DNA from: Octopus bimaculoides
Lineage: Eukaryota
DNA: 64,000 bases
Assembly: GCF_001194135.2 (NCBI RefSeq)
Contig: NC_068981.1
Location: 158,400,619 to 158,464,618, forward strand
Direction of reading: 5' to 3'
The position numbers and the translations under genes were made by a program. Of the stretch, positions 25,505-36,899 are shown one piece after another (position 1 is the stretch's first letter; each line of letters opens with the position of its first letter). The notes beneath the pieces were generated by a model, which saw nothing but the letters and a program-made list of their open reading frames with translations, ran no database searches and was not told the DNA's origin.

Positions 25505-26662
25505 ATTTCGTTTTCTTTCTTTTTCTGGTTCATAGGATTATGTTCAAGGTGGCTCCGTCATTCACATGTACCATCCTTGCTACATTCACCCATCTTTTAT
25601 TGAAACATTTGCTACACAAAACTTCCCCCTCTACTCTCACCTTTCTTTTCAAGTGATACTTGAAGAAGTTGATGAGAAGTTGACCAGAGAGGAAAGCGTT
25701 TGTCTCTAGGCCTTTCAGATGCGTCCACCATACACATTCTTTCGCCATAGCCACAGGTACGATAAAAATGGCTCTTCCTTCCCGTTTGAAAGAAGGAGGC
25801 GCGACAATATTGACGATAGACTCGGCTAATAAACCGACTTGTCCCCCACACGATAGCAGTTGTTCGACATAGGCCCACAGGTTGGAAATGGTTGGACACT
25901 ACACGAGTGCGTGCAGAACGGTTTCGTCACTCTGACCGCATCTCGAGCAGGTCGGCCCGGTGTTTCTCGAGCCATGCCTGTAGAGCTTATCCCGAACGGG
26001 TAGCGCTTTTCCATAGCACTGCCAGGCCAGGGATCTCTGAAAGTTGTCCATAGGTCCCGGCCCGAAAGTCGTCTTGAACAGGCGGGTCAGGCATTCCTCG
26101 TCGACGCCCAGGTTCGCCTGGAGATCGTCGTCGTACTTCCTCTCCACTAATACCCTACAGAATGTTTTGTGGTGATGCAGTCGCTCAAGGTCGACCTGAG
26201 ACGGCATAGTTGCTCGAGAGCAACGTGACACTCGCGGTGCCATTCGCTCTTCCTCGGCCTCTTTTTGATCCATGACTGCAGTTCGGTCATGGAGACGAAC
26301 TGCAGGAAAGCGCACCTCACAAACGGTGACCACACCTGTTCACCGTCGTCTACGCAGAGCCGGAGATGTCACAGTCTCAGCGCGTGTCTGCGCATCATCA
26401 ACCACGGCATGCCCAGCCCTGCTTTTAGCGGGTGTTGGCAGCAAACAGATCGCTTGACCATCGGAACACTTCCTTTCCACAAGAAGCGGAAGAGGATGCG
26501 TTCCAGTTTGGTGATGGTAGGGTCGGGACAAGGCACGACGGTCAGGCGGTAGTAGATGACGGATGCGATGTAAGTGTTCGCCACCTCCACCCGACCTTTT
26601 AGAGACAGCTTCCTCTCGGCCCATTGCCGGGCGAGAGTGGCCACCCTACTTGCTATCTCGTA
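25505..26662 (-). mobile_element. Tx1/L1-like non-LTR retrotransposon, 5'-truncated 3' end of ORF2
   Basis: WAERKLSLKGRVEVANTYIASVIYYRL...FRFLWKG...GLGMP...LAWQCYGKALPVRDKLYRHG...CSRCGQSDETVLHALV*C (CCHC zinc knuckle), ending TLNIIL* at 25530 with an A-rich tail. About two stops and two frameshifts. Confidence 0.88.
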
Positions 26663-26854
26663 TTTGTAGGCCATAAGCAAACAAAAAATTAATTTTGGTG
26701 AAGATGGGAGGCAAACTGCAGGAATTATGAGGCCTTTATGCCGTTGTACTGCTGAATCCAAGAGAGAGGCTTAAGGGGTTATCTGCCCCTGGGAGATCCC
26801 ACAATCGATGTACGGAAAGATTAAATAGTCTACGACGCGTAATAGGACTTCAGT

Positions 26855-26945
26855 AACCTATGTATGAAATTTGGTGCAAATCGGTTGTAAAATGTAGAAA
26901 TGCATGCAGTTATACAGACAGACATCTGTATTATATATAAAGATG
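26855..26945 (+). mobile_element. Possible Helitron/Helentron-associated non-autonomous element 3' end
   Basis: atgtatgaaatttggtgcaaatcggttg...acagacagacatct..ttatatataaagat resembles the 3' ends of DINE/HINE-type elements. Recognition only. Confidence 0.3.
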
Positions 26946-27199
26946 AGCATGCCTAGATATGCAACTATATCCATAGAATATATACATAAAACATACAAAT
27001 CTACACATACATACATACATACATACATACATACATACATACATACATAAGTACTTTGTTGTTGATGCAGAAATTCTGGTGAAGAAGCCTTGAATCTAGG
27101 TTAGAAACCGGTTCTTTCTCTATTGGCAAGAAATCTTGAAATAAACTGAATAATGACATACATACATACATGCATGCATACATACATACATACATACAT

Positions 27200-27420
27200 A
27201 AACTTTTACCCTTTTCCTTGTTTCAGTCAAGTGATTGCAGCCATACTGGGACATTACATTGAAGGATTTAGTCGAACAAGTTTTACCCAGTAATTCTTTT
27301 AAGTTAGGTACTTATTCTACCGGTCAGTTTTGCTGAACCGCTAAGTCACAGGAACATAAAGAAACTAACACTGGTTGTCAAGCGGTGGTGGTGGATAAAC
27401 GCAAAGATACGTACACATTA
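27200..27420 (-). repeat. Tail part of the tRNA-head SINE
   Basis: ttgtttcagtc...gctgaaccgctaagtcacaggaacataaa...ggttgtcaagcgg. Confidence 0.7.
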
Positions 27421-28084
27421 AAAAATACATGGGGTCGGGGTTTCTGTGATTAGTTCTGTTACCCATTTGGGGCTTCACTTAAAATTTCGCCTTTAAATCG
27501 TGATGCAAAGAATATAATACAGCGATGTCATTTTTTGGTACCTTCTCCATGAGATAATTTGAAACCAGTGCTGTAACCTACTAGAAGACACTACCAACTA
27601 TCGAAAGATCTTCTATGCAGTCGATTGAAAGAAATAGCAGCCGAAGTCCATCGAGTCACATCCGTCTGTGTTAAATATAAAGGGAGGTCTCTGGATGATG
27701 CAGTGTTAGTGGATCATCCTTGTTCGACGATGAAAAATTACTTATTCTGTCAACCGAATTATTTGCTCCTGAATTAACATGTAAGTGGCTGAGTATTCCA
27801 CCGTCATATGTACCGTTAACGTAATTATCGGGCAGAATCAGCATGACACAGTATGTGACAAAACAGTACCTGTTGAATTACAGGTACAATCCACCCGACG
27901 GGCTTCTATTCTGTTTTCGTCTGCCGTTTCATTCACTAGATATGGGTCAACCCGTAGCTATAGAAAATAACATTTGCTTAAGATGTCACTCTATAGGATC
28001 GAACTCAGGAACTCGTGGGTGCGAGGGAAACTTCGTAACAACTGACCATACTGCGTCTACTCTCTGTACAATGTAAAAGAGTAA

Positions 28085-28421
28085 AGACCCCCTTCGGTCA
28101 TGAATGACCATGGGATTGCTCCTGGAAAGTTCCCTTCCGAAGCATAAGTCCAGGCAATGTTGTTATTGAAGACCAGCAATCGCCCATGCATACCAGCCAC
28201 CCATTTCCATGCCACCGATGTTATCGAAGGGAAAAGCAAAGGCCGATACAGCTTGGCAACAGTGACGTCACAACTCCTTTCTACAGCTGAGTGAACTGGA
28301 GCAACATGAAATAAAGTGTATTGTTCACAATAGAGCACAACGCACAGCTCGGTCCGGGAATCGAACTCACTACTTCATGACTGTGAGCCCGACGCTCTAA
28401 CCACTGAGTTATGCACCTTCA
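28085..28421 (-). repeat. tRNA-derived SINE with RTE-like tail; a shorter + strand copy lies at about 44955-45120
   Basis: Reverse-complement head GTGAAGGTGCATAACTCAGTGGTTAGAGCGTCGGGCTCACAGTCATGAAGTAGTGAGTTCGATTCCCGGACC (box A and B), followed by a body and a tail ending GGTCATTCATGACCGAAGGGGGTCTTTAC. Confidence 0.8.
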
Positions 28422-28614
28422 CCTGTACGATGTAAATTTCTGATATATATATCAAAAGATAAAATGGTCGCAATCGGAAGACTATTAATGATAAGTCTAC
28501 GCAATTTAGGCTGACATGAGGAACGGACAACAACTGAAACACTCGGTTATTACATAACACTCCTACTGTTGTCTATTGTTGTTAGTTGTACTTCCAAATG
28601 CCTATCATTTATTC

Positions 28615-28780
28615 TTTTGTACTCAGGGCACAAGGCCCGAAATTTTGGGGGTAGTGGGCAGTCGATTAGATCGACCCCAGTACGCAACTGGTACTTAATT
28701 TATTGACTCCAAGAGGATGAAAGGCAAAGTCGAATTTGAACTCAGCGGAATTTGAACTCAGAACATAAAGACAGACGAAA
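28615..28780 (-). repeat. Nin-type SINE
   Basis: gggcacaaggcccgaaattttggggg...gatcgaccccagtacgcaactggtacttaatt...ggatgaaaggcaaagtcg. Confidence 0.85.
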
Positions 28781-31534
28781 AATGCCTATCATTTATTGAC
28801 CTCGTGAGAATTAAGTGTCGTGTCTATGGACATAACTCAGTTGGAACCCTCCAATCCTTCAGCTCAACACCATATCGACTCTGCTGTTTGAAGTTATCCA
28901 GTTGCTGTACTTGCTTGATACCATATCAGCTCTGTTCAAGTAGACTTAATACCATTCCAACTGTGACCATCTCTTCTTTTCAGGACATACTTTATATCAT
29001 ATTACATTATTCAAATTATTCAAAAATTGCTTTTTTATTGTGAATTGAGTTGGATGTAATATCAGTGAGATTTGGGTGTTATTTCTAGCAGGCCGAGCGT
29101 CCACACAGAGGCCCATTCACTCGGTTTATGTTAGTTGTTGTCAAAGAATTGTGGCTGAACTGAGTAAACAAGGAAACAAAAATGATTTGCAACATAAATA
29201 GGCATGTTAGAACACGATGACACACAAGCAGTAAGAAATTAAGCTTGTGATAAAGAAATACTTGAGCAGTTCAAAAATCTTTTAGCAAGACTGTAATAAT
29301 GGTTGTAAATACGTAGATTGCGAGGGTTTCTTAACAATAGCATGGGAATGAAATGTCTAATAAAAAGAAATCATTAGAAATATAAAGTGAAAGAATAAAG
29401 ATAATTAAATACGAGCTGTACAATACATACGCGCTCGCGCGGATTTTGCCGTCAAGTTCTGCGTAATGAAATATATAGAAGAACAATCAGACAAAAAAAA
29501 AAAAAAAGCATATTGAAGTGGCACACCTACACACTTGTGTCTCTAATTTTGTTTCTTCATAACTTTCAGAGAAATGGGTATTTTTTAATGAATTTTTTCT
29601 CAGATGGTATAGATTCCAATTAAATCGGAATCAATGTATTTATAGAAAAGGTAATTAAAAATTACCCATTTTCCGAAAGTTATGTGGAAACAAAGTCGGG
29701 GAGGGGACATACTTGTGCCAGTATCCCAGTATAGTAATAAAAAAAAAAAATTATTTTGCCAGATATAAGACAAGTTTCTACATGAAAATTGAAAAACTAA
29801 CGTCAATTGAATCAACTCCAGTATCTTTGAGCTATTATTGTTTATTAACACTTCATCCACGAGATGGAAAAGGAATTCGATCTTCTCTTAGGTTTGAACA
29901 CAAAACCTACAAGCATTAAATAATGCCATGCAGTAACAAAGTGCTTAACTGTTTCTGCCACACTGAATGTAACAACGTCGAACAGGGAGTGAAGATTACT
30001 AAAACAAAAGGTGTCTGTTTATCTTAAGCCATCATAAAAGACAAATTTGCAGATCTCTGGAAATATAAGTTCAACAGTTTCTCAGGAGCCCGTTTATTTA
30101 AGCGAAAGTTTAAATAAAGAAATGGCAACAGTAATAGTGATTTATTTTATTAGCTACTAGATTCAAAAGATTCAATAAAATACAAAGAACATTGAAGACA
30201 ATGAAGTTTACAATATGTATGGACATGAACTAAGTCATTTTAACAACTAAACGTTAGCAGGGGTGAAGCCATAATATAATAGACGGATTAAAAATTTAAT
30301 GGAACATGAAATAAGTATAAAATAAACTGTTTATGAGATAGGTTCAGGAATTGAAATTTGGCAGAAGGATTATCGGATATAGGAATAAAACTGAAAGTGA
30401 CCTCGGCAGGGTTTGAACACAGATCATAAAATGTTGGAAGAAACACCACAAGGCATTCTCCCAGCTTACTAACAGTTCTGCGAATTCACTACCCTTAAAT
30501 AAAAAATGCATAATATATAAACACACAATAATTAAAATGATTTAAAACTGAAAATCATGAAAAACATATAGGGCTAGCCGCCAGCACACAGGTGGATACT
30601 TATGGATTAGGCTGGGCTGGAGCTCCCCACAATTCTACCCTAGTCCCTGTACCGAGTTCTGTTGCATCCCAAAATACCGGGTTATGAATATCCTATTGAG
30701 TTCGGCTGCTTTTTGTTTCATGCTTCCCTAATTCTACAGTAAGCACTTTATTAATATTCTGCCTTTTACACGTTAATAATTCTTGTCTTTAAAAGGCTCT
30801 TCCAAAACTATTTCGCCTATAAGCTCGTATGACGATGTAATAAATGTACCCAGTACCTCTTCGCATTCAGTCACAATACTGTGAATTCCATGATGTTTTA
30901 ATGGGAAGGTTGGAACCTCCTCACACTTTTTCATCATATTTTTTTGAGGCTCTCCTTTTTTTTTACATCTTATATTTTCAGCGAGGGTTTGAAATCCTTG
31001 GTCTTCCTGCATCCCCTCATGTTCCTCACAAGACGATAGGGTGGTGCTGCTGGTTGCTACGGTCGGGGAACAGGGTATCCGCTAACATGTTTTCAAAACT
31101 GTATACTGGATAACCTCCGTCAGCATTTTTGGAGTTGTGACTGAAGGTACCTTCGAAACTGGTGGGGTGGTGGTGGGTCTGCTGATCTTGTTGCTGTTTC
31201 AGTTGTTCTCCACTACTTTCCTCTCTTCTCTACTTTCTTGATGTATTTTTTAATTTCTTCAGAGCAAAACATTCTCAAAGCGTTTTTACCACCATATGTA
31301 TAACAATTAGTCCTTTCGTTCGGCACCATCAGTTTTATGCTCTTTGTCACTTAACCAAGTAAAGTTCTGGTTTGGCCCTGTAACTTTCGAAAGTGATTAA
31401 AACTTGCACATCCATTTTCATTTCTCCTAACCATATGTTTCTCTTCGGTACCTCTGCGCTTACCACCTACCCATATTGTAATACAGAAATATCGACCAGC
31501 TACGGATGTTTAGTTTCTTATTTCTTTACTACCC

Positions 31535-31742
31535 ACAAGGGACTACACACAGAGGGGACAAACAAGGACAGACAAACGGATTAAGTCGATTGGTATTGCG
31601 TAACTGGTATTTATTTAATCGACCCCGAAAGGATGAAAGGCAAAGTCGACCTCAGAGGAATTTGAACTCAGAACGTAGCGCAGACGAAATACCGCTAAGC
31701 ATTTCGCCCAGCGTGCTAACATTTCTGCCAGCTCGCCGCCTT
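31535..31742 (-). repeat. Nin-type SINE
   Basis: Core cgaccccgaaaggatgaaaggcaaagtcgacctc and head gctaacatttctgccagctcgccgcc. Confidence 0.85.
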
Positions 31743-31950
31743 ATGCTCAGAACGGATGGTCAGTTTTTGTTTCAAACATTAATGGTTTCTTTTACAATAT
31801 TTTTAATTACTTTCTGTTTTTGTTAGTTTTCTCTGCAATAATCAAAACTTATATTGGAGAGTCGGTTTTCACCAATATTTTGCGTTGAATATCAATCAAC
31901 AATAATAAATAAATAAATAATACTAAAAGCAAAATATATAAATGTCTTTT

Positions 31951-32537
31951 GGATCTTTTTTAAAACGGGGGCCACATTTTTCATTAACGAAACACTTTGA
32001 AACTTGGAACACTGGTAGAATGTGTCATATAAAACATCTTTTTCTCTTAGTCTTCTTAAAAAAAAAAGAAATCCATAAGTTATTCCATGTTAAAGTTGTC
32101 GTATTTCTGTAATTTCAACCAATCACTGACGTCCATTCAGCCGATATACATTAAGTGCCGACTACATAAACAAACGATTCTGAAACAATTAACCCTAACC
32201 CTAACCCTAACCCTAGGGTTAGGGTTAGGGTTAGGGTTAGGGTTAAAGCAAATTTAAAATGAAAAAAGCAAATAAAACGAAGGTATGGAGATTAAATACG
32301 CTTTACATCGCTTAATCAGCCAAAGGAGTAAATGTAAACAACTGAATACTTGTCAGTGATTGGTTGAAATTATCGAAATAAGACAATTTTTTTACATGAA
32401 ATAAATTCGAATACAAAAATATTTTTCTGTTCTATAACACAAAATAGATAAGTATACGAAGTTTGAAAGTCTTTCCGTACCAAAAACACTACGTAAAACA
32501 TTAATGAAAAATGTGGCCCCCGTTTTAAAATAGATCC
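31951..32537. mobile_element. Merlin-like MITE (587 bp) with a central telomeric-repeat palindrome
   Basis: TIRs GGATCTTTTTTAAAACGGGGGCCACATTTTTCATTAA (31951-31987) and TTAATGAAAAATGTGGCCCCCGTTTTAAAATAGATCC (32501-32537). Exact 8-bp TSD TGTCTTTT at 31943-31950 and 32538-32545. GG termini with an 8-bp TSD fit the Merlin (IS1016-related) superfamily. Confidence 0.85.
32189..32246. repeat. Inverted telomeric repeat (TAACCC)4-TA-(GGGTTA)5
   Basis: Read directly from the sequence; symmetric about CCCTAGGG. Confidence 0.95.
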
Positions 32538-32754
32538 TGTCTTTTTTCACAGCCGGACAAAAGTTGGAGAAAAATTAATAACAAACAACCTATCTTTCTT
32601 TAAATCAACTACAATAATTTAACGAAGAAAATACCATGAACTTTCGGAACAGTGTCACAAATATTAATTCGGAAACGAGAGCACTGTGAGGTATACCTGG
32701 AAAACACATAAGCCAATAATAATGGTTTCAAGTTTTGGCATAGAGCCAACAGTT

Positions 32755-33880
32755 CTAGTCGATTACCTCGACCCCCAGTGCTTAACTGGTACTTATTTTA
32801 CTGACTTGAAAAGGATTCAAAGCAAAATCGATCTCGGCAGAATTTGAATTCAGAATGTAAAGAGCAGGGGGGGAAAATATCGTTAAGTATTTTGTCCGAT
32901 GTGTTAACGATTCTACCAGCTCGCAATAGAGGTGTTGCTACGTTCTAAAGTTAGTAGGGAGCGAGCATATAAAAAAAAAGGCGCTGTGACTCATACCAAA
33001 CAATTTTTTATTCACTTCTCTTATATTATACGAAATGTTTCATTAGTTATAATATATACAATTGTATTCTACATTCATTAATTTCATGTTTCAGTCACAA
33101 TGTCATTGCGTATGGAACTTAAAACTACTGAAATAGGCGTAATTTGAAAAAGATGAAACTCCACGGGGTCTCCCAGTGTCGAGAGGTTATGACGTCAGAG
33201 TTTGTTTTCGTTCTTCGGATATCAGCAGCCTCCGACACATCACAGGAGATTCAGCAAACAATTCAAAAACACGAGAAGTTGGTCAAATAAAGTAATAATT
33301 CAATAACTACTTCGACCCCAGTGTTTCGCTGATACTTAATTTATCGACCTCGAAAGGATGAAAAGTAAAGTCGACCGCAGTGGAATTTGAACTCAGAACG
33401 TAAAGACAGACGAAATGCTACAAAGCATTTTGTCTGGAGTGCCAACGATTCTGCTAACCCGCCGCCTTTATGCTAATAATAATTGTTTCTACTATAGACA
33501 CAAGGCCTAAAATTTGTCGGGAAGAGGCTAGTTGATTACATCGAACCCCAGTACTTGACTGGTACTTATTTTATCGAACCGAAAAGGTGAAAGGCAAAAT
33601 TGACCCCGATGGAATTTGAACACACGCTAAACATTTCTTCAGACACGCCAATGATTCTGCCAGCTCGTCACCTTTATAATAAAAACGGTCTCTAATTTAG
33701 GGACAAGGGAATGAGTTTATTAGATATCGTCGATCCCAGCATTTGACAGATACTTTATTTATCGACCCTGAAAGAATGAAAAGCAAGGTATCGGTGTGAC
33801 TGGAATTTAGAACGTAAAGAACCGGAATAAATGCTGCAAGGCATTTCCAATCCAACACCTTTAACAAGTGTTTCTCCAAG

Positions 33881-33924
<44 letters not shown>

Positions 33925-34110
33925 ACCATAACTGAGAAACCCACAACTCACTTTTGAGGAAAGAGGAATAGATCGATTACATCGATCCCAGTGCTTAACC
34001 GGCTCTTTATTTTATTGACCATGAAGTGATGAAAGACAAAGTTGATTTCGATGGGATTTGAACTCATAATATAAAAACTGGAACAAACACCAATGCTCTA
34101 ACGATTCTAA
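32755..34110 (-). repeat. Cluster of five same-orientation Nin-type SINE copies
   Basis: The cgaccccagt...ggtacttatttt..cgacc..gaaagg.tgaaa.gcaaagtcga...gaatttgaactcagaa core recurs at about 32760, 33310, 33535, 33725 and 33970. Confidence 0.8.
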
Positions 34111-34133
34111 AAATCCATCGCGTAGATGTCGTT

Positions 34134-34178
<45 letters not shown>

Positions 34179-35224
34179 GGTCATAATGCGGATGATGGTG
34201 ATGGTGATGGTAATGAGTATTTGGTTTTCTTTCCGTAGTCCATTTATGAAGCCCATAAAGTCCACATTAGCTGTTTTCAGTACTCTGAGCTCAATGTCTT
34301 ACAAGTGAGTTGTGGGATTCTCAGTCATGGTTTCTTCTGGGAGAAAGCTGGATTTTCTTTTACCCTTTCCCGCTTGCTTTCTCTTGAGATTGAGTTTTCT
34401 TGTTGAAGAAGTTTTTTTTTTTTCTCTACTCTCTGAACTCTGTATCTGTTTGTTCTAACAAGATATTAAGGTGGCACTAATAGTTATGATCGGTGTGGAT
34501 ACATTAGTCGTCATACTTTTGGTCCTGAGCCACGAGGTGAGTTTTTAAAACCATTTTCGGCACCTTTTGCGTGATGTTGTTGCTGTCTCTACTCTTGTTC
34601 GTTACTCTCCTTCCTTCATATCTCTCCCTTCCCTTCCAACTTTCCTCTTTTTCTTTTTTCCCTCTTTCTTGTTCCCCATCTCTTTCTCACACACACAGAG
34701 TCAAGTGGTAAGCTTAAATGATAACACACTTCTATCCTCGACTAAGCCAACGAGAAAGCTTCAACGTGGTCGCATGACTCGCTAGAAATAGCCACAAAAT
34801 TCCCTCAAATAACATCCAACCGTCTTAAAGAAGGAAGGAAACATATGTTACTTTAACCCTAAACATACAAAAGTTACCGACAGTTATGTTTGGAACGTCT
34901 TTGATTACTGGTATGTTCAATTAGGGCCAGGGAACTAAAAGGAAATAAAAACTCGACTGGTATTTTGATTATTGCGACTTAATCCAAAAGAGTGTTTGTT
35001 ATAAAATACAGTATTGACTGAACCTTGGGTGGAGTGGTGACGCATTGACAAGACGGTCAGCTGGTCTACAGCTTAGTTTTTGTCTAACTTTAACTCCAAA
35101 ATAATCCCTAAATAAATCATAACCACTGTTATAACAAGCATAAGGATTTTGTGATTATTTTCCTTGCAACCCCCTTCTAACAAACACTTTAGTGAGATGG
35201 TAACCTGGAGAGGAAAAATAACAA

Positions 35225-35417
35225 GCGTCTGTGTGTGTGTGTGCGTGTGCGTGTGTGCGTGCGTGTGTGTGTGTGCGTGTGTGTGCGTGCATGCGTGCGT
35301 GTGTGTGTGTGTGTGTATGTGTGTGTGTGTATGTGTGTGTGTCTGTTGAGAACGGTGTATGTGTGAATTTGTGATAGTATGTGTGCTTCAGTGAGCGTGT
35401 GCGTATGAACCATTGCT

Positions 35418-35454
<37 letters not shown>

Positions 35455-35605
35455 GTGTGTGTTGAAAATGGTGTATGTGTAAATTTGTGACATAATGTGT
35501 CTCAGTGAGCGTGTGCGTATGAACCATTGCTTTTATTAGTGTGAGTGCGTGCGCGCGTGTGTTTGGGTATCCCTTTGAATGCATGTGTGTGTGTGTGTGC
35601 ATATT
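35225..35605. repeat. Compound (GT)n microsatellite with a duplicated ~65-bp unique unit
   Basis: ggtgtatgtgt.aatttgtga.a.tatgtgt..ctcagtgagcgtgtgcgtatgaaccattgctt occurs at about 35354-35420 and 35470-35533. Confidence 0.8.
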
Positions 35606-36147
35606 TGTGAATCATGAATACGTTGAATGAGCAAAGACATTTTATACATTAGTATATATGTGGTTTTAAATAGTAGTTAGAGGGTGACAGGGCATTCATA
35701 AGAACTTTGCAGCCTCTCTCTTTGATCGGCGATATTGTTACAGACCAGCTCAAACCAAGGCATCACAACTGCTGGTTAAGATATGCTGCAAAAATGTGGA
35801 AAACGTTGGTCTGGGCCGGTTGCTTTGAACAAAGTGAACTCCTAACGCCCACGCGTATGTGTGTGCGCGCGCGCGTTTCATTTACTCATTGTTGTTTTAG
35901 TCGTTGAACTTGTGGCTGTACTGAGACACAGCTTTCAAGAGTTTAGTCGATCAAATCGACATCGGACATCGTCGAATCGAGAACGCATTTTCACTTTGGT
36001 ACTTATTTCATTGAAATTTATTTGTCGAACCGCTATGTTGTATGGCATTATGTAAAAATACAAAAAATACTGTTTGGTAGACCGGTGCAAGCATGAATAT
36101 AGACAAGGACATCAACAATATGGAAACTAGTTAAATAAATAATGTGA

Positions 36148-36219
36148 GGTTCTATGGTGTAATGGTTAGCACTCTGGACTTTGAATCCAGCGATCCGAGT
36201 TCAAATCTCGGTAGAACCT
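36148..36219 (+). tRNA. tRNA-Gln(TTG): tRNA-Gln (anticodon TTG), intact, intronless
   Basis: GGTTCTATGGTGTAATGGTTAGCACTCTGGACTTTGAATCCAGCGATCCGAGTTCAAATCTCGGTAGAACCT. Perfect 7-bp acceptor stem GGTTCTA/TAGAACC, anticodon stem CTGGA/TCCAG, T-loop GTTCAAATC, and a T7 Pol III terminator at 36230-36236. Confidence 0.97.
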
Positions 36220-36845
36220 AGTAAACTGATTTTTTTAACGGCGGTACGTCAGCATAGCCGCAGCTCTGAGCTGGAACTATAAATATATATATATATATAT
36301 GATTTACTATGTCATGTGTGATTTAAGTCCGCAATACTCAATCTTACTCACGCTTTCTTTTTCTTCATCATCTTCTTCTTCTTTCTTCCACCACCTCTTT
36401 ATCCTCCTATTTTGGTGTACATTCACTAGATTTTATGTAGAAGTCCACCTCCGATGAAGCTTTCCACTCTTCTAGTTGTGAGAATATTTCTTCGCGGTCG
36501 TTTTATGGTTGCTTACATCTCAACTCCCTCCTGGCTAGTGACGTATATTTGATAGAATCTTTCTAAAGCTTAAATACTCTGGTTGGACCGTGATTCTGTT
36601 CGTGTCATTAAGGTACGTTTTTGTGTGATAAATGTCTTAGGGGTCCATTCGCTGCCAAGGTCCATAATGACGAAAATAACTCTAACTGTTCCTTAAGATG
36701 CTAAACGAATAAATGGAGAACCTCTATACAGTAGCTCGAAGTTCCGACTGCAAGAAATAACCGGCAAATTTCTCTCAAAATCAATATCTACATTCTTGAA
36801 AAATAAACATTGCCATGTTACATATACACTCGCGTGCGCGCACAG

Positions 36846-36899
<54 letters not shown>

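Noticed and set aside
32189-32246. Telomere-telomere chromosome fusion scar
   Set aside because: A fusion scar reads (TTAGGG)n then (CCCTAA)n. Here the order is reversed, the tract is short, and it lies inside a TIR/TSD-bounded element.
32755-34110. CRISPR-like or regularly interspaced repeat array
   Set aside because: The units are diverged SINE copies found throughout the window, spacing is irregular, and there are no cas-like genes. The DNA is eukaryotic.
34462-34536. Possible + strand exon (AG...GAG/GTGAGT) encoding a hydrophobic 24-mer, IKVALIVMIGVDTLVVILLVLSHE
   Set aside because: No recognisable homology and no partner exons; such splice-like signals arise often by chance.
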